Part shown: one piece after another, positions 17,015-25,415 of the stretch
How the letters are laid out: each line of letters begins with the position of its first letter
Numbering within the stretch: position 1 is the first letter of the stretch
Source of the DNA: a virus
Virus record (IMG/VR): IMGVR_UViG_3300050190_000114
Direction: 5' to 3' (one strand)
DNA length: 53,692 nt
The notes under the pieces: generated by a model
Database searches by the model: none
What the model was told of the DNA's origin: nothing
What the model saw: only the letters and a program-made list of their open reading frames with translations
Translations under genes and position numbers: made by a program

Positions 17015-18396
17015 TGGCTCAAGCGGCTCAATCTCGCGGATTCTTCGGCTTCCTGCCCAAACAGCAGAAGCGGAACATCTTCGGCTGGTCAAAGAAAGAG
17101 AAGACAGCCAGGCGCAAGCACGTGGGAGCCAGCGCGACCGAAGCGCGCGGCGCGGGGTATCGCTACGCCACACACAAGAGCGACGAGAACTTTTCGGAAT
17201 GGATGGACCGGAAAGACTTCGGCGGCAAGATCAAATCGAACGAGAAGGAACGCCTAGCCAGCGCCTTTTCCATGGGCTTTGATCGCGGCAAGAAAGAACT
17301 GGAATTCAAAGCGTCAAAGGCTGTTCGAAAGGAAGAGAAGCGCAAAAAGAAAAAAGAGGACGCCACCGCAAAACGCCAGAAGCGCTCCACGGACGCGAAG
17401 AAATCAGGCATTGGCAAAAAGTCGTTTTGGACAGCGGCGGGACTGGCAGCAGATGAAAAGTGGAACCCGGCCCGCTCCGCTGCTCAATACCGCCTGGCGC
17501 AAGCAGTTCTCTCCGGTACCGCCAGATCCTCGATGCCCCGCAAGGTTGCTCAGGAGATCGTAGACCGGACACCGGCGAAGATGCGCAGCCAGTACATGAA
17601 AAACCCAACGTCTCGCAACATTCGGCGCAACCCGCCGAATCGAAGATTTGTTGTTGTCTGGGAAACCGGAGAGACTATTCGATACTTTGTCGAAGATAGA
17701 AATACCGGGATATTCATCGCTGGACCGTTTAGAACAAAATCCTCTGCGCAACAGAAGGCCGATTCGCTGGAGCGTGCGAGTCGGAGAAATCCGAAGCGCA
17801 ACCCGGCAGCGGATGCCGCCGCGCTATCGACAAAGTTTCACGGGAGGCAATCTACAAGCCAAAAACGAATCGTTGAACAGATGCACGAGCATAAACACTT
17901 GATGGAAATAGGCCCACTGGTAAGACTGGTAGTGGACACCCCCACCAACAAAGTAGCCGTGCTGAACTTCAACACGTCGGACCCAAAGAAGATCGTATAT
18001 TTATCCAGCTCCGAAAAGGATCCGAAAACGGGAAAGATCGTCGGCAAGCAATTGTACCTGAGGGGCGGGGACCAGGAAGTGAACCTGAAAGGCCTGGGTA
18101 TGGATTCAGCGCTCTGGATACGCGACAAGATGGAGCTCGGCAGGCTCCACGAATTCAAACGGGGCGATCCAAAACTGATCGTCGACGGGGAAGAGGTGAA
18201 AGGCTCGATCACCTACCGAACAAGGAAAGGGATGGACGATTTCAAGCTGATCGACTACTGGCACAGGTCAGGGGAAGAAACTAGCCGGAAGGCGGGACCG
18301 GCAGCGCGGCCACTGGTGATCTACGACTATCGAAACAAGAAACTCGAACTCGCCGGCGGCCAGTACGTCGTTGATCGGCCCGGCATTATAAATTAG
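17014..18396 (+). CDS. Large basic late protein (460 aa), function unknown
   Basis: TAATG overlap. Lys-rich N-terminal third. Confidence 0.7.
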   Translation: MAQAAQSRGFFGFLPKQQKRNIFGWSKKEKTARRKHVGASATEARGAGYRYATHKSDENFSEWMDRKDFGGKIKSNEKERLASAFSMGFDRGKKELEFKASKAVRKEEKRKKKKEDATAKRQKRSTDAKKSGIGKKSFWTAAGLAADEKWNPARSAAQYRLAQAVLSGTARSSMPRKVAQEIVDRTPAKMRSQYMKNPTSRNIRRNPPNRRFVVVWETGETIRYFVEDRNTGIFIAGPFRTKSSAQQKADSLERASRRNPKRNPAADAAALSTKFHGRQSTSQKRIVEQMHEHKHLMEIGPLVRLVVDTPTNKVAVLNFNTSDPKKIVYLSSSEKDPKTGKIVGKQLYLRGGDQEVNLKGLGMDSALWIRDKMELGRLHEFKRGDPKLIVDGEEVKGSITYRTRKGMDDFKLIDYWHRSGEETSRKAGPAARPLVIYDYRNKKLELAGGQYVVDRPGIIN

Positions 18397-18593
18397 CGTC
18401 TGAGTTTCGGCGCACGAGATTAGGAAGAGGTTCGCAGCCTTTCGACGGCCGTCGGGGGAAGCGGATAGTAAACCAGAAGGCAACCTTCTAGAAGGGGTTG
18501 CTGGATTCGACCAACCATCGGATCTGGCAGCCCCTTTTGCTTTCTGGGAACGATTTTGAAAACGAAGCGCCACGGCGCACAGGAGAAAAACGA

Positions 18594-19268
18594 ATGCTAC
18601 TGCTCAACACTTTAAGCCGGACATTGAACCGGATGATCCAGGACGAAAAGCGCCGGGCCGATGCACGACACCGGCTGCTAACCTTGGGGCTCGACGAAGC
18701 GAGACGAATTCCCATCATCAAGAACGCTGTCGAACTTCCGCCCAATTCAACGGGCTCGATCATCGGCACGCTGACATCAGGCGGAAAGGAATACCAGCAA
18801 GTCATCATCGTTGACGCCACCACGCCCACCGGGCCGGGATCGGCTCTGGCAAATGCTGCAAATCTCGGAGCGAAATCGAGCGCCGGAGCTCAACTCATCA
18901 CACGGCCCGGAGATTGGGCCATCGGTCAGACGCCCGCTGCCGCGACTCAGGCCACGATTTCCAGGGCCGCTGGCGCAGCCGGAGTGAGTCACGTAGCGAC
19001 CTCTATCTCGGTAGCTGTCTCAACGGTGGGAACAGCCCAAACCGCTGCGCTGGTATTCGTACTCCGGGATGGAGCCACCGGCGCAGGTACGGTTCTTTGG
19101 ACTCTTCAGGTCTCGCTACCAGTCAACACCACCTGGAGTTTCGCACTATCGAGCCTGAACATCGTCGGCACGGCGGCTACCGCCATGACCCTCGAAACCG
19201 TCGCGGCTCCGGCCGCCGCTGTGTTCGCCAGCGTATCGCTGACCGGCTACGACACGCCGAACGCCTAA
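18594..19268 (+). CDS. Ala/Thr/Gly-rich beta-type structural protein
   Basis: SD AGGAGAAAAA before ATG 18594. Follows a 197-nt untranslated gap. Confidence 0.65.
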   Translation: MLLLNTLSRTLNRMIQDEKRRADARHRLLTLGLDEARRIPIIKNAVELPPNSTGSIIGTLTSGGKEYQQVIIVDATTPTGPGSALANAANLGAKSSAGAQLITRPGDWAIGQTPAAATQATISRAAGAAGVSHVATSISVAVSTVGTAQTAALVFVLRDGATGAGTVLWTLQVSLPVNTTWSFALSSLNIVGTAATAMTLETVAAPAAAVFASVSLTGYDTPNA

Positions 19269-19291
19269 CCAGGCGAAAAGGAGAAACGAAA

Positions 19292-19693
19292 ATGCTGGCT
19301 TTAGAAATGGCATTCTTCTGGCTGAGCGGGTCCTGGGTATCCGGGACCTTCGCAGCCGTACCCAGCGTACCGCTCGCAGGCACAGACGGGCAGGGAGCGC
19401 CCGGCGCAGGAAGTTACGCCTCCTGGCTGATTTCGGCGGCCGATGGAGACACGCTAATGGTTTTTCCGCACGGCTTCAAGCAAACCTCACCATCGGGGAA
19501 TCCGAGCTTGGGCTTCACGCCGGATCTGGCGCAAATTCAGCCTTTGGCAAGTGTCGCGCTGGGTGCCCGTCCCAACTGGGGAGTCACCTTGGATACAACC
19601 AACGTGACTCTTCTGAAACAAGGCGTAGCAGGATCGGGCGGTACACCGGCGGCAAAGCTCGTTATCATGCGCCCGCAGTCGCACATCGAGTAA
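19292..19693 (+). CDS. PHGFKQ-domain protein, paralog 1
   Basis: SD AAAGGAGAAA. Motif FPHGFKQTSPSGNP..NVTLLKQG..GSGG. Shared with 19706..20038 and the C-terminus of 20051..21034. Confidence 0.7.
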   Translation: MLALEMAFFWLSGSWVSGTFAAVPSVPLAGTDGQGAPGAGSYASWLISAADGDTLMVFPHGFKQTSPSGNPSLGFTPDLAQIQPLASVALGARPNWGVTLDTTNVTLLKQGVAGSGGTPAAKLVIMRPQSHIE

Positions 19694-19705
19694 ACGGAGA
19701 CAATT

Positions 19706-20038
19706 ATGGGAATCGTCGTTACACCCGTCGTCAACAAGACAGATTACAAATCTTGGACCGTGACCGCATTAGACGGTGACACGGTTCTCATCTTTCCGCA
19801 CGGATTTAAGCAAGTCGCGCCTAGTGGAAATCCCTTGACCGGATTCGCGCCGGATTTCTGCATGCTTCAGAGATTTGTCAGCTACGCCAATGCGGCCTTG
19901 CCGGATTGGGGCTGTGTAGCCGATGCAGCCAATATCACTCTCACCAAACAGGGTTCGGCGGGGTCGGGTGGAGCCGTACCGGGAACTACGCTTATAGCAA
20001 AAGTCTTCGCGTGGCGCCCGCATTCCATCGGCGAGTAA
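19706..20038 (+). CDS. PHGFKQ-domain protein, paralog 2
   Basis: Motifs TDYKSWTVTALDGDT, FPHGFKQVAPSGNP, WRPHSIGE. Confidence 0.7.
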   Translation: MGIVVTPVVNKTDYKSWTVTALDGDTVLIFPHGFKQVAPSGNPLTGFAPDFCMLQRFVSYANAALPDWGCVADAANITLTKQGSAGSGGAVPGTTLIAKVFAWRPHSIGE

Positions 20039-20050
20039 AGGAGAAAAATA

Positions 20051-21034
20051 ATGGCAAATCCAGCACCCATAAATCTTAACTCCGCGGCCAGTTTCTCAGT
20101 CCTGGGGGCCTCTACGGTCACCAACACCGGGGCATCAGTCGTCAATGGAAACCTGGGACTAAGCCCCGGCACGTCCATTGTCGGCTTTCCGCCTGGCACG
20201 GTTGTCTCAGGTTCCATTCACGATACAGACGCCGCAGCGGCCAATGCCCAAGTGGACTTGACCGCGGCTTACGTTGATGCCGCAGGGCGCACCGGGGCGG
20301 TTATCGTCTCGGGCGACATTGGCGGCCAGACCTTAGGACCCGGAGTATACAAGTCCACATCCTCACTCGGCATCACCGGGACTCTCACACTGGACGGGCA
20401 AGGAAGCGCGGCAAGCGTCTTTATCTTCCAGATCGCCAGCACCCTCACAACCGCGAGCGCCGCGAGGATCGTTCTCATCAACGGAGCGATCGCGGCTAAC
20501 GTGTTTTTCCAGGTGGGCAGCTCGGCAACCCTGGGAACCACTACCGCTTTCATCGGCACGATCATGGCGCAAGCTTCGGTCACGCTCACAACCGGCGCAA
20601 CACTCAGCGGGCGAGCTCTCGCACGGACCGGAGCCGTCACGATGGACACCAACACCATCACCAACCCGGCGTTACTTCCAGGACCGCCTCCGGCTCCTCC
20701 GGCGTGTGTTACCGCGGCAACCCAGATCGTCAACCGGACCGATTACAAATCGTGGACGATCACCATGCTCGACGCCGATACGACTCTGGTGATTCCGCAC
20801 GGCTTCAAGCAAACCGCGCCATCGGGGAATCCGCTGCTTGGCCTCATGCCGGATTTCGTGATGTTGCAGGAAATGATCACGTACCTCAACGCGGCGCTTC
20901 CGAACTTTGGATGCGTGGCCGATGCGACCAACATCACGGTATCGAAAACCAACGCAGTCGGATCGGGCGGACCTGGACCGTGTACCGTCATCGCAAAAAT
21001 CGAAGCCTGGCGGGCGCATTCGATAGCCGAGTAA
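20051..21034 (+). CDS. DUF3494/ice-binding-like domain fused to a PHGFKQ domain (spike or adhesin candidate)
   Basis: SD AAAGGAGAAAAA. The N-terminal ~210 aa (LNSAASFSVLGASTVTNTG..VNGNLGLSPGTSIVGFPPG..DLTAAYVDAAG..LGPGVYKS..LTLDGQG..VFIFQI..LSGRALARTGAVTMDTN) closely follow the DUF3494 pattern. Confidence 0.8.
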   Translation: MANPAPINLNSAASFSVLGASTVTNTGASVVNGNLGLSPGTSIVGFPPGTVVSGSIHDTDAAAANAQVDLTAAYVDAAGRTGAVIVSGDIGGQTLGPGVYKSTSSLGITGTLTLDGQGSAASVFIFQIASTLTTASAARIVLINGAIAANVFFQVGSSATLGTTTAFIGTIMAQASVTLTTGATLSGRALARTGAVTMDTNTITNPALLPGPPPAPPACVTAATQIVNRTDYKSWTITMLDADTTLVIPHGFKQTAPSGNPLLGLMPDFVMLQEMITYLNAALPNFGCVADATNITVSKTNAVGSGGPGPCTVIAKIEAWRAHSIAE

Positions 21035-21042
21035 GGGAACTT

Positions 21043-21123
21043 ATGACGATATCACCGGGCTCGGGTATTTCCGAATCGGTTGGACAGCACGACGGCGGTT
21101 CACCCAAAGAAGGTGTCGCATGA
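21043..21123 (+). CDS. Bridge ORF K (26 codons, L3 block only)
   Basis: AAGGGA SD. The stop overlaps the next ATG (ATGA). L3 block at 21082-21105. Confidence 0.4.
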   Translation: MTISPGSGISESVGQHDGGSPKEGVA

Positions 21124-21908
21124 TCCAACCCCGCATCACCGACTTGCATAACCCTTCCTACGGCTACAAGGAATCAAAGCCGAAGAAGAAGCGCTCGAAA
21201 CATCGCAGTAGAAGTAACCCCGGCCCATTCGCCTTAACGCTCGGGCTCATAGGGGCAAATCCAAAAAAAGGAGAAAGAACAATGGCAAAGAAACGGAAGA
21301 AGAACAAGAAAAAAGCCACCCGAGCGCCAGCAAAGGCGAATCGGTCACGGAAAAACAGAAAAGGAAAGCGCAAGAATCCCGGCGTGTCCATGGCGACCAT
21401 TAAGCGCATCATGGGCAAGAAAAAGGGCAAGGGCCGCAGAGGAAAGCGGAACCCGGCCTGGTTGGGCATGAGTTCCAGTGACGCCATTGGAAACTCGGTC
21501 GCGATTTTGGGAGCAGTCACAGGTGCGAAACTCATTCCGCCCATGCTGCCGGCTAACTGGTCGAATACCGATCTCGGCCGATTCCTGACAACGCTCGGCG
21601 TGGCAGTAGGCGAGGTGACGCTCGCTCACTTCATGTTCCCGAAGTACCGCACGATGGTACTCGCCGGAGCCGGCGCCCAGACAATCTCGACCGCGCTCAA
21701 TCCGCTCCTGCGGAAAATCTCGAGCACTATCACGCTCGGACGCATTCAGCAGGCGCGCGCCATGGGCCAGTTGCGGGACTTCGTACCGGGGAACTTCCCC
21801 GAGCCGCATAACCCCATCTACCAGCAGATGATGCTGGCCGCGGCCATGAACCCCGGCGCAACGGCGGGCGGCGGGAGTGTCGGCCGCTACCGCGGGCGCT
21901 TCCGCTAA
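21120..21908 (+). CDS. Basic N-terminus plus hydrophobic core protein carrying the LRDFVPGNFPEPHNPIY motif
   Basis: Lys/Arg tracts, hydrophobic middle, and the motif shared with 14972..15346. A strong alternative start is ATG 21282 after AAAAAGGAGAAAG. Confidence 0.65.
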   Translation: MIQPRITDLHNPSYGYKESKPKKKRSKHRSRSNPGPFALTLGLIGANPKKGERTMAKKRKKNKKKATRAPAKANRSRKNRKGKRKNPGVSMATIKRIMGKKKGKGRRGKRNPAWLGMSSSDAIGNSVAILGAVTGAKLIPPMLPANWSNTDLGRFLTTLGVAVGEVTLAHFMFPKYRTMVLAGAGAQTISTALNPLLRKISSTITLGRIQQARAMGQLRDFVPGNFPEPHNPIYQQMMLAAAMNPGATAGGGSVGRYRGRFR

Positions 21909-21980
21909 ACCGAATTCGAGGGAGCCGCGCAAGATAAACGGCGACTCCCATTGAACTAGCAAAAAGGAGAAAACACAAAC

Positions 21981-22712
21981 ATGCCACGCTATTCGGGAAT
22001 GGGTATGTACACCGGGGCTCTCGGTGGCATCACCCCAACAAAGGTTCTGACCCCTCCGCAAATGACGGACCAGCAAGCCTACATCGTGCAGTCTTTCCAA
22101 TCGCAGGTCTACATCCAGGATATGATGGATGTACAGGACGAACCTATCTATGATACGGTTTCGTTCCTGACCGGCCAGACCATGAGCGTTACCACCGTCT
22201 CGTTCTTTACGAACGTCGGCGACTCGGCGCCCATGTTCCTGACCGCAACCATCAACAAGACGCTGGCCAATACGAATATGTCGGCCAGCGGCAAGTTGAT
22301 CGCACCTGAAGCTCAAGCGATCTTCCAGCATCGCTTGCAGTTCAACGAAAACATCGATCCGCGCGACATGCTGTCGATCACCGGCGCCAACGTCGCCGCG
22401 GGACTCGGCACGCTCCCCACTGGTTTCGCCTACGTCTTCAAGATGGGGACAAAGGAATATCAAACCGGCCCGATCATCGACTACGCCGGCGGGGGAGGGA
22501 TCTACTTCACTGGCACCGCCGACACGCAATCGTATCTCTCGAACGGGATGCCTTGCGCCAATTGCGCGGAATCGCTCAGCGTCAATACCGTGATCGAGAA
22601 CGAAGAGACCTTCAAGGCAAACTTCGTCGGCAATCCCTACATCGTGCTAGGAGCCAGCGGCGTCTCGATCAAAGGTCAGCTCATGGGTTTGCACGCCCGT
22701 CCGATCCGGTAA
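21981..22712 (+). CDS. Candidate major capsid protein (beta-rich, possibly jelly-roll-like)
   Basis: Best SD in the late region (AAAAAGGAGAAAA). Followed by a terminator hairpin. The fold assignment is inference only. Confidence 0.5.
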   Translation: MPRYSGMGMYTGALGGITPTKVLTPPQMTDQQAYIVQSFQSQVYIQDMMDVQDEPIYDTVSFLTGQTMSVTTVSFFTNVGDSAPMFLTATINKTLANTNMSASGKLIAPEAQAIFQHRLQFNENIDPRDMLSITGANVAAGLGTLPTGFAYVFKMGTKEYQTGPIIDYAGGGGIYFTGTADTQSYLSNGMPCANCAESLSVNTVIENEETFKANFVGNPYIVLGASGVSIKGQLMGLHARPIR

Positions 22713-22749
22713 ACGGATCCGGGGCAATGCTTGCAATTGCAGGCGATTT

Positions 22750-22786
22750 CAGGGCCGATCTTCGAGGGCGGCCCTGATTACTTTTC
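22750..22786 (+). terminator. Rho-independent terminator or attenuator after the capsid candidate
   Basis: Perfect 8-bp stem CAGGGCCG/CGGCCCTG with an 11-nt loop, followed by ATTACTTTTC. Confidence 0.6.
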
Positions 22787-22802
22787 AAGGAGACGTTTCG
22801 AG

Positions 22803-23402
22803 ATGAAAGCGTTTTTAGTTTGGGCTCAACTGTACGTTACGCTCTGTGCTTGCCAGTGCGCGGGGAAAGTCGCGTCAGTATCTCAACAGCCCGCTAAGGA
22901 TCAACATCGGGCCGGGTTCACTACTCTTCATTTCGAGACTGGAGCCAGCGCGGGCAATAATCGGAAGCGCGAAGTCACAAGCTGGCCCCATACTCATGCA
23001 CAATGGGCGCCGGAAGATAGCTCTATCGTTGACGCTGAATTCCAGAACGGCATCCAACAATCTTGCACACTCGCTGACCGGCATTTCCGAAGACAAGTAG
23101 ACCCGCATGGAATGGATAGCAAAGTCGGATGGCAATGTAAGTTTAGAGGATGGACTGCCCGTCCAAAACATATAGGGCATCCAAATATCGCCAGCACGTG
23201 GGCTTTCAGGCGGCGCTGCTTTGCCAGTCAACGGCGTGGCAATTGCGCCAGCCAACGCCATGAAGAATTCGCGCCGGTCCATGTCCATGCGCCTATCCTA
23301 GCGGTCCAGCACGGCCCGCGCAACCCATCGCCGCGCTCGGGTATTTACGAATCGGCGCGACTAGTCAACGGCGGTTTATCCCTCATCCAAGGAGCCTTCT
23401 AA
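22803..23402 (+). CDS. Bridge ORF D (200 codons, sense ORF spanning cassette D)
   Basis: SD AAGGAGA before ATG 22803. Its stop lies 2 nt before the next ATG. L5 block at 22812-22863. L3 block at 23366-23382. The composition looks antisense-like. Confidence 0.35.
   Translation: MKAFLVWAQLYVTLCACQCAGKVASVSQQPAKDQHRAGFTTLHFETGASAGNNRKREVTSWPHTHAQWAPEDSSIVDAEFQNGIQQSCTLADRHFRRQVDPHGMDSKVGWQCKFRGWTARPKHIGHPNIASTWAFRRRCFASQRRGNCASQRHEEFAPVHVHAPILAVQHGPRNPSPRSGIYESARLVNGGLSLIQGAF
22875..23288 (-). CDS. Antisense accessory protein with a twin-arginine (Tat) signal peptide
   Basis: N-terminus MDMDRREFFMALAGAIATPLTGKA, followed by a beta-rich body. Confidence 0.55.
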   Translation of the reverse strand: MDMDRREFFMALAGAIATPLTGKAAPPESPRAGDIWMPYMFWTGSPSSKLTLPSDFAIHSMRVYLSSEMPVSECARLLDAVLEFSVNDRAIFRRPLCMSMGPACDFALPIIARAGSSLEMKSSEPGPMLILSGLLRY

Positions 23403-23404
23403 GA

Positions 23405-23839
23405 ATGCAACAGCAAGTACGAATCATCAACCCCTACGCCCCACCAGCCTACAACGGCATGATGAACGCCACACCGGAGGGGTACGTCGATGTGGATTTT
23501 AAAATTCCCTTCGATATCACGCTGACCGCGTTTCAGGAGCTTCCGAACCTGGCCAGGGACGTTCCCACCGATGCGGATTTTATCTGGAGAGCCACAATTG
23601 CAAATCTTCAGACCGGCGCCTACTCGGTGAAGTTCAAAGACTCGCAAGGATACGAGTTTTCGAACGGCCTCATTCATTACATCAACCTTTCAGCGTCAGC
23701 GATCGCGCCCAGCGTGAACGGGCATGAAATCGTAATTCCAGCAGGAGGGCAGATCGGTATTCATATTCTGGACTTGTCAGGATTCGGAAACACAATTGAG
23801 ATTCTATTCTTAGGAGTGAAGCGGTACAAGCTAAACTAA
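23405..23839 (+). CDS. Small beta-rich capsid-associated protein (ADFxWR paralog family)
   Basis: Preceded by the L3 block and AAGGAG. Motifs DADFIWRATIA and ILFLGVKRYKL. Confidence 0.6.
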   Translation: MQQQVRIINPYAPPAYNGMMNATPEGYVDVDFKIPFDITLTAFQELPNLARDVPTDADFIWRATIANLQTGAYSVKFKDSQGYEFSNGLIHYINLSASAIAPSVNGHEIVIPAGGQIGIHILDLSGFGNTIEILFLGVKRYKLN

Positions 23840-23845
23840 GGGGCG

Positions 23846-24538
23846 ATGCGAATTATTTTTTGTTGGCTGATACTTTCGGTGACGGGCTTAACAGGACTGC
23901 GCGCGGCGGATCAATTCACGATCCGAACGAGAATCTCGAGCCGTTCATTCGGGCCGTCCTGCGTTCGAGCCGCGAGAAACGTGCCTGTTTCGGCATTCAC
24001 GATGCAAAGCAGTGGATTTAACTCGCCTCGCCGCTCAGCTTCTGCCATCGTGATCGAAGGCGGCTCCGGTACATCGCTACTGCTGATGTGTTGCCAATCG
24101 CCGGCCATGTCACCGCTCCCGCGTGTCGATTTCGGCCGGCGTGTCGGAGTGCGGACGAGTCGCTACCTGGATAATGTCAAGGCGCTTGCGGCCATGGCAG
24201 ACGACCACACCGCGCTCGCCGTGGCCCGCGTCGACCAGTCTCGCCAAGGTCATATACAGTTCGTAAACGGTTGGTTGGTTCAAGGTGTGGACGTTCACAG
24301 ATTCAATATGCGGCAGTGGCGCTGTGTCTTCGGAGTCGCCGGCGACTCGTTGTTTCCTGCGCTTTCAGGCCGTGGCGCCTGCTCCCGATTTGTCCAGATT
24401 GTCGGAACCTCATACGCTGCCGAATCTATAGTAGCGGAACAGCACGACCGGCGCAACCCATCACAGGGCTCGGGTATTTCACGAAGCGTGAGAACTGGTC
24501 AACGGCGGTTTACCCCAAAGGATTCGGCCAATGGCTAA
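23846..24538 (+). CDS. Bridge ORF E (231 codons, sense ORF spanning cassette E)
   Basis: Starts 6 nt after the upstream stop. Stops 5 nt past the downstream ATG. Degenerate L5 block at 23856-23906. L3 block at 24498-24516. Confidence 0.35.
   Translation: MRIIFCWLILSVTGLTGLRAADQFTIRTRISSRSFGPSCVRAARNVPVSAFTMQSSGFNSPRRSASAIVIEGGSGTSLLLMCCQSPAMSPLPRVDFGRRVGVRTSRYLDNVKALAAMADDHTALAVARVDQSRQGHIQFVNGWLVQGVDVHRFNMRQWRCVFGVAGDSLFPALSGRGACSRFVQIVGTSYAAESIVAEQHDRRNPSQGSGISRSVRTGQRRFTPKDSANG
23911..24108 (-). CDS. Antisense small ORF 2 of a coupled pair in cassette E
   Basis: 65 aa. Starts 1 nt after the stop of 24110..24298. Confidence 0.35.
   Translation of the reverse strand: MAGDWQHISSSDVPEPPSITMAEAERRGELNPLLCIVNAETGTFLAARTQDGPNERLEILVRIVN
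24110..24298 (-). CDS. Antisense small ORF 1 of a coupled pair in cassette E
   Basis: 62 aa. TGAcATG junction with the next antisense ORF. Confidence 0.35.
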   Translation of the reverse strand: MNVHTLNQPTVYELYMTLARLVDAGHGERGVVVCHGRKRLDIIQVATRPHSDTPAEIDTRER

Positions 24539-25415
24539 ACCCTTCCTCTACTCCCCAGCAGGTCAATGCTGCGAATTGGACGAACCTTACCAAGCCCCAG
24601 TAGGCTACTTCGACCAGCCCTTCCTGTACGTATATGACCTCGCCAGTCCCAACGGAAACCCCGTCCCAGTCCCAGACGGACAGGACCGTCGACGCGCCAC
24701 GGTTACGACCTTCACCGGCGCCGATTTTCTAATGAGACGAGTGGCCGGGATCGACCGAGCATGCGAAAACTTCCAGATGCGAGACCAACTCGCCCGGCTC
24801 ATCTTCGATGAGAACATCGACACCAATTATCGGGATTTCCCGCTCGTGCCGGAACTTCTCTACGACGGCGGCAACGGGATCAGCTTCGACCTTTTGAACG
24901 TCCAGAAAGCCGTCAACACCTCGGGAAGCATCATTTCCCAAGTCGCCTTTCAAGGCGTCCGAAGATTCAAGGGCTACCGCAGACCTCCGAGTTATCCATA
25001 TTGGGAAGACGAATTCAAGTATGAAATCGACATTGCCATCGATGGAAGCTGGCCGCTAGGCGCTGTTCGCCCTTTCGGTCTGGACGTGTACGATTACGAT
25101 TTCGAGCTGCTCGAGATTCTGGAGTGCATCATCAACCCGGTAAACGGAGGCCCGCCGTGTGCTCCGGGAGGCGTTAACCAAGCGTTCAAAATCCAGTTGT
25201 ACGACCAGTTGAACGAGACGGTTTTCTCCGCGCCAGTTCTTGACGATCTGATCGTTTCGAATTCCGTCAGCTATCTGGGAGTCGTTCCCGTTCCAGGAAT
25301 CGTCTACCGGATCGGGCAGAGAATCAAATTTGATTTGGTGAATCTGGTTACACCAGGGGCTTGTGCGGTTCAGGTACAGCTCACGTTTCATGGAGTGAGG
25401 AGACGGCCGTGTTGA
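24531..25415 (+). CDS. Beta-rich capsid-associated protein (ADFxxR paralog family, 294 aa)
   Basis: Preceded by the L3 block. Motifs GADFLMRRVAG and VQVQLTFHGVRRR. Confidence 0.6.
   Translation: MAKPFLYSPAGQCCELDEPYQAPVGYFDQPFLYVYDLASPNGNPVPVPDGQDRRRATVTTFTGADFLMRRVAGIDRACENFQMRDQLARLIFDENIDTNYRDFPLVPELLYDGGNGISFDLLNVQKAVNTSGSIISQVAFQGVRRFKGYRRPPSYPYWEDEFKYEIDIAIDGSWPLGAVRPFGLDVYDYDFELLEILECIINPVNGGPPCAPGGVNQAFKIQLYDQLNETVFSAPVLDDLIVSNSVSYLGVVPVPGIVYRIGQRIKFDLVNLVTPGACAVQVQLTFHGVRRRPC

Noticed and set aside
18397-18593. 197-nt untranslated gap in the late operon as an ncRNA gene
   Set aside because: It contains small palindromes (CGACGGCCGTCG, GCAACC..GGTTGC) but no conserved repeat-family member and no convincing promoter-terminator pair. 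It is more likely an inter-operon spacer or attenuator. There is insufficient evidence for an RNA gene.
21345-22529. 394-aa minus-strand ORF, the longest ORF in the track in this area
   Set aside because: It runs antisense to two well-supported plus genes that have strong SDs (21120..21908 and the capsid candidate 21981..22712). Its translation is Arg/Gly/His-rich junk typical of a GC-rich shadow frame.
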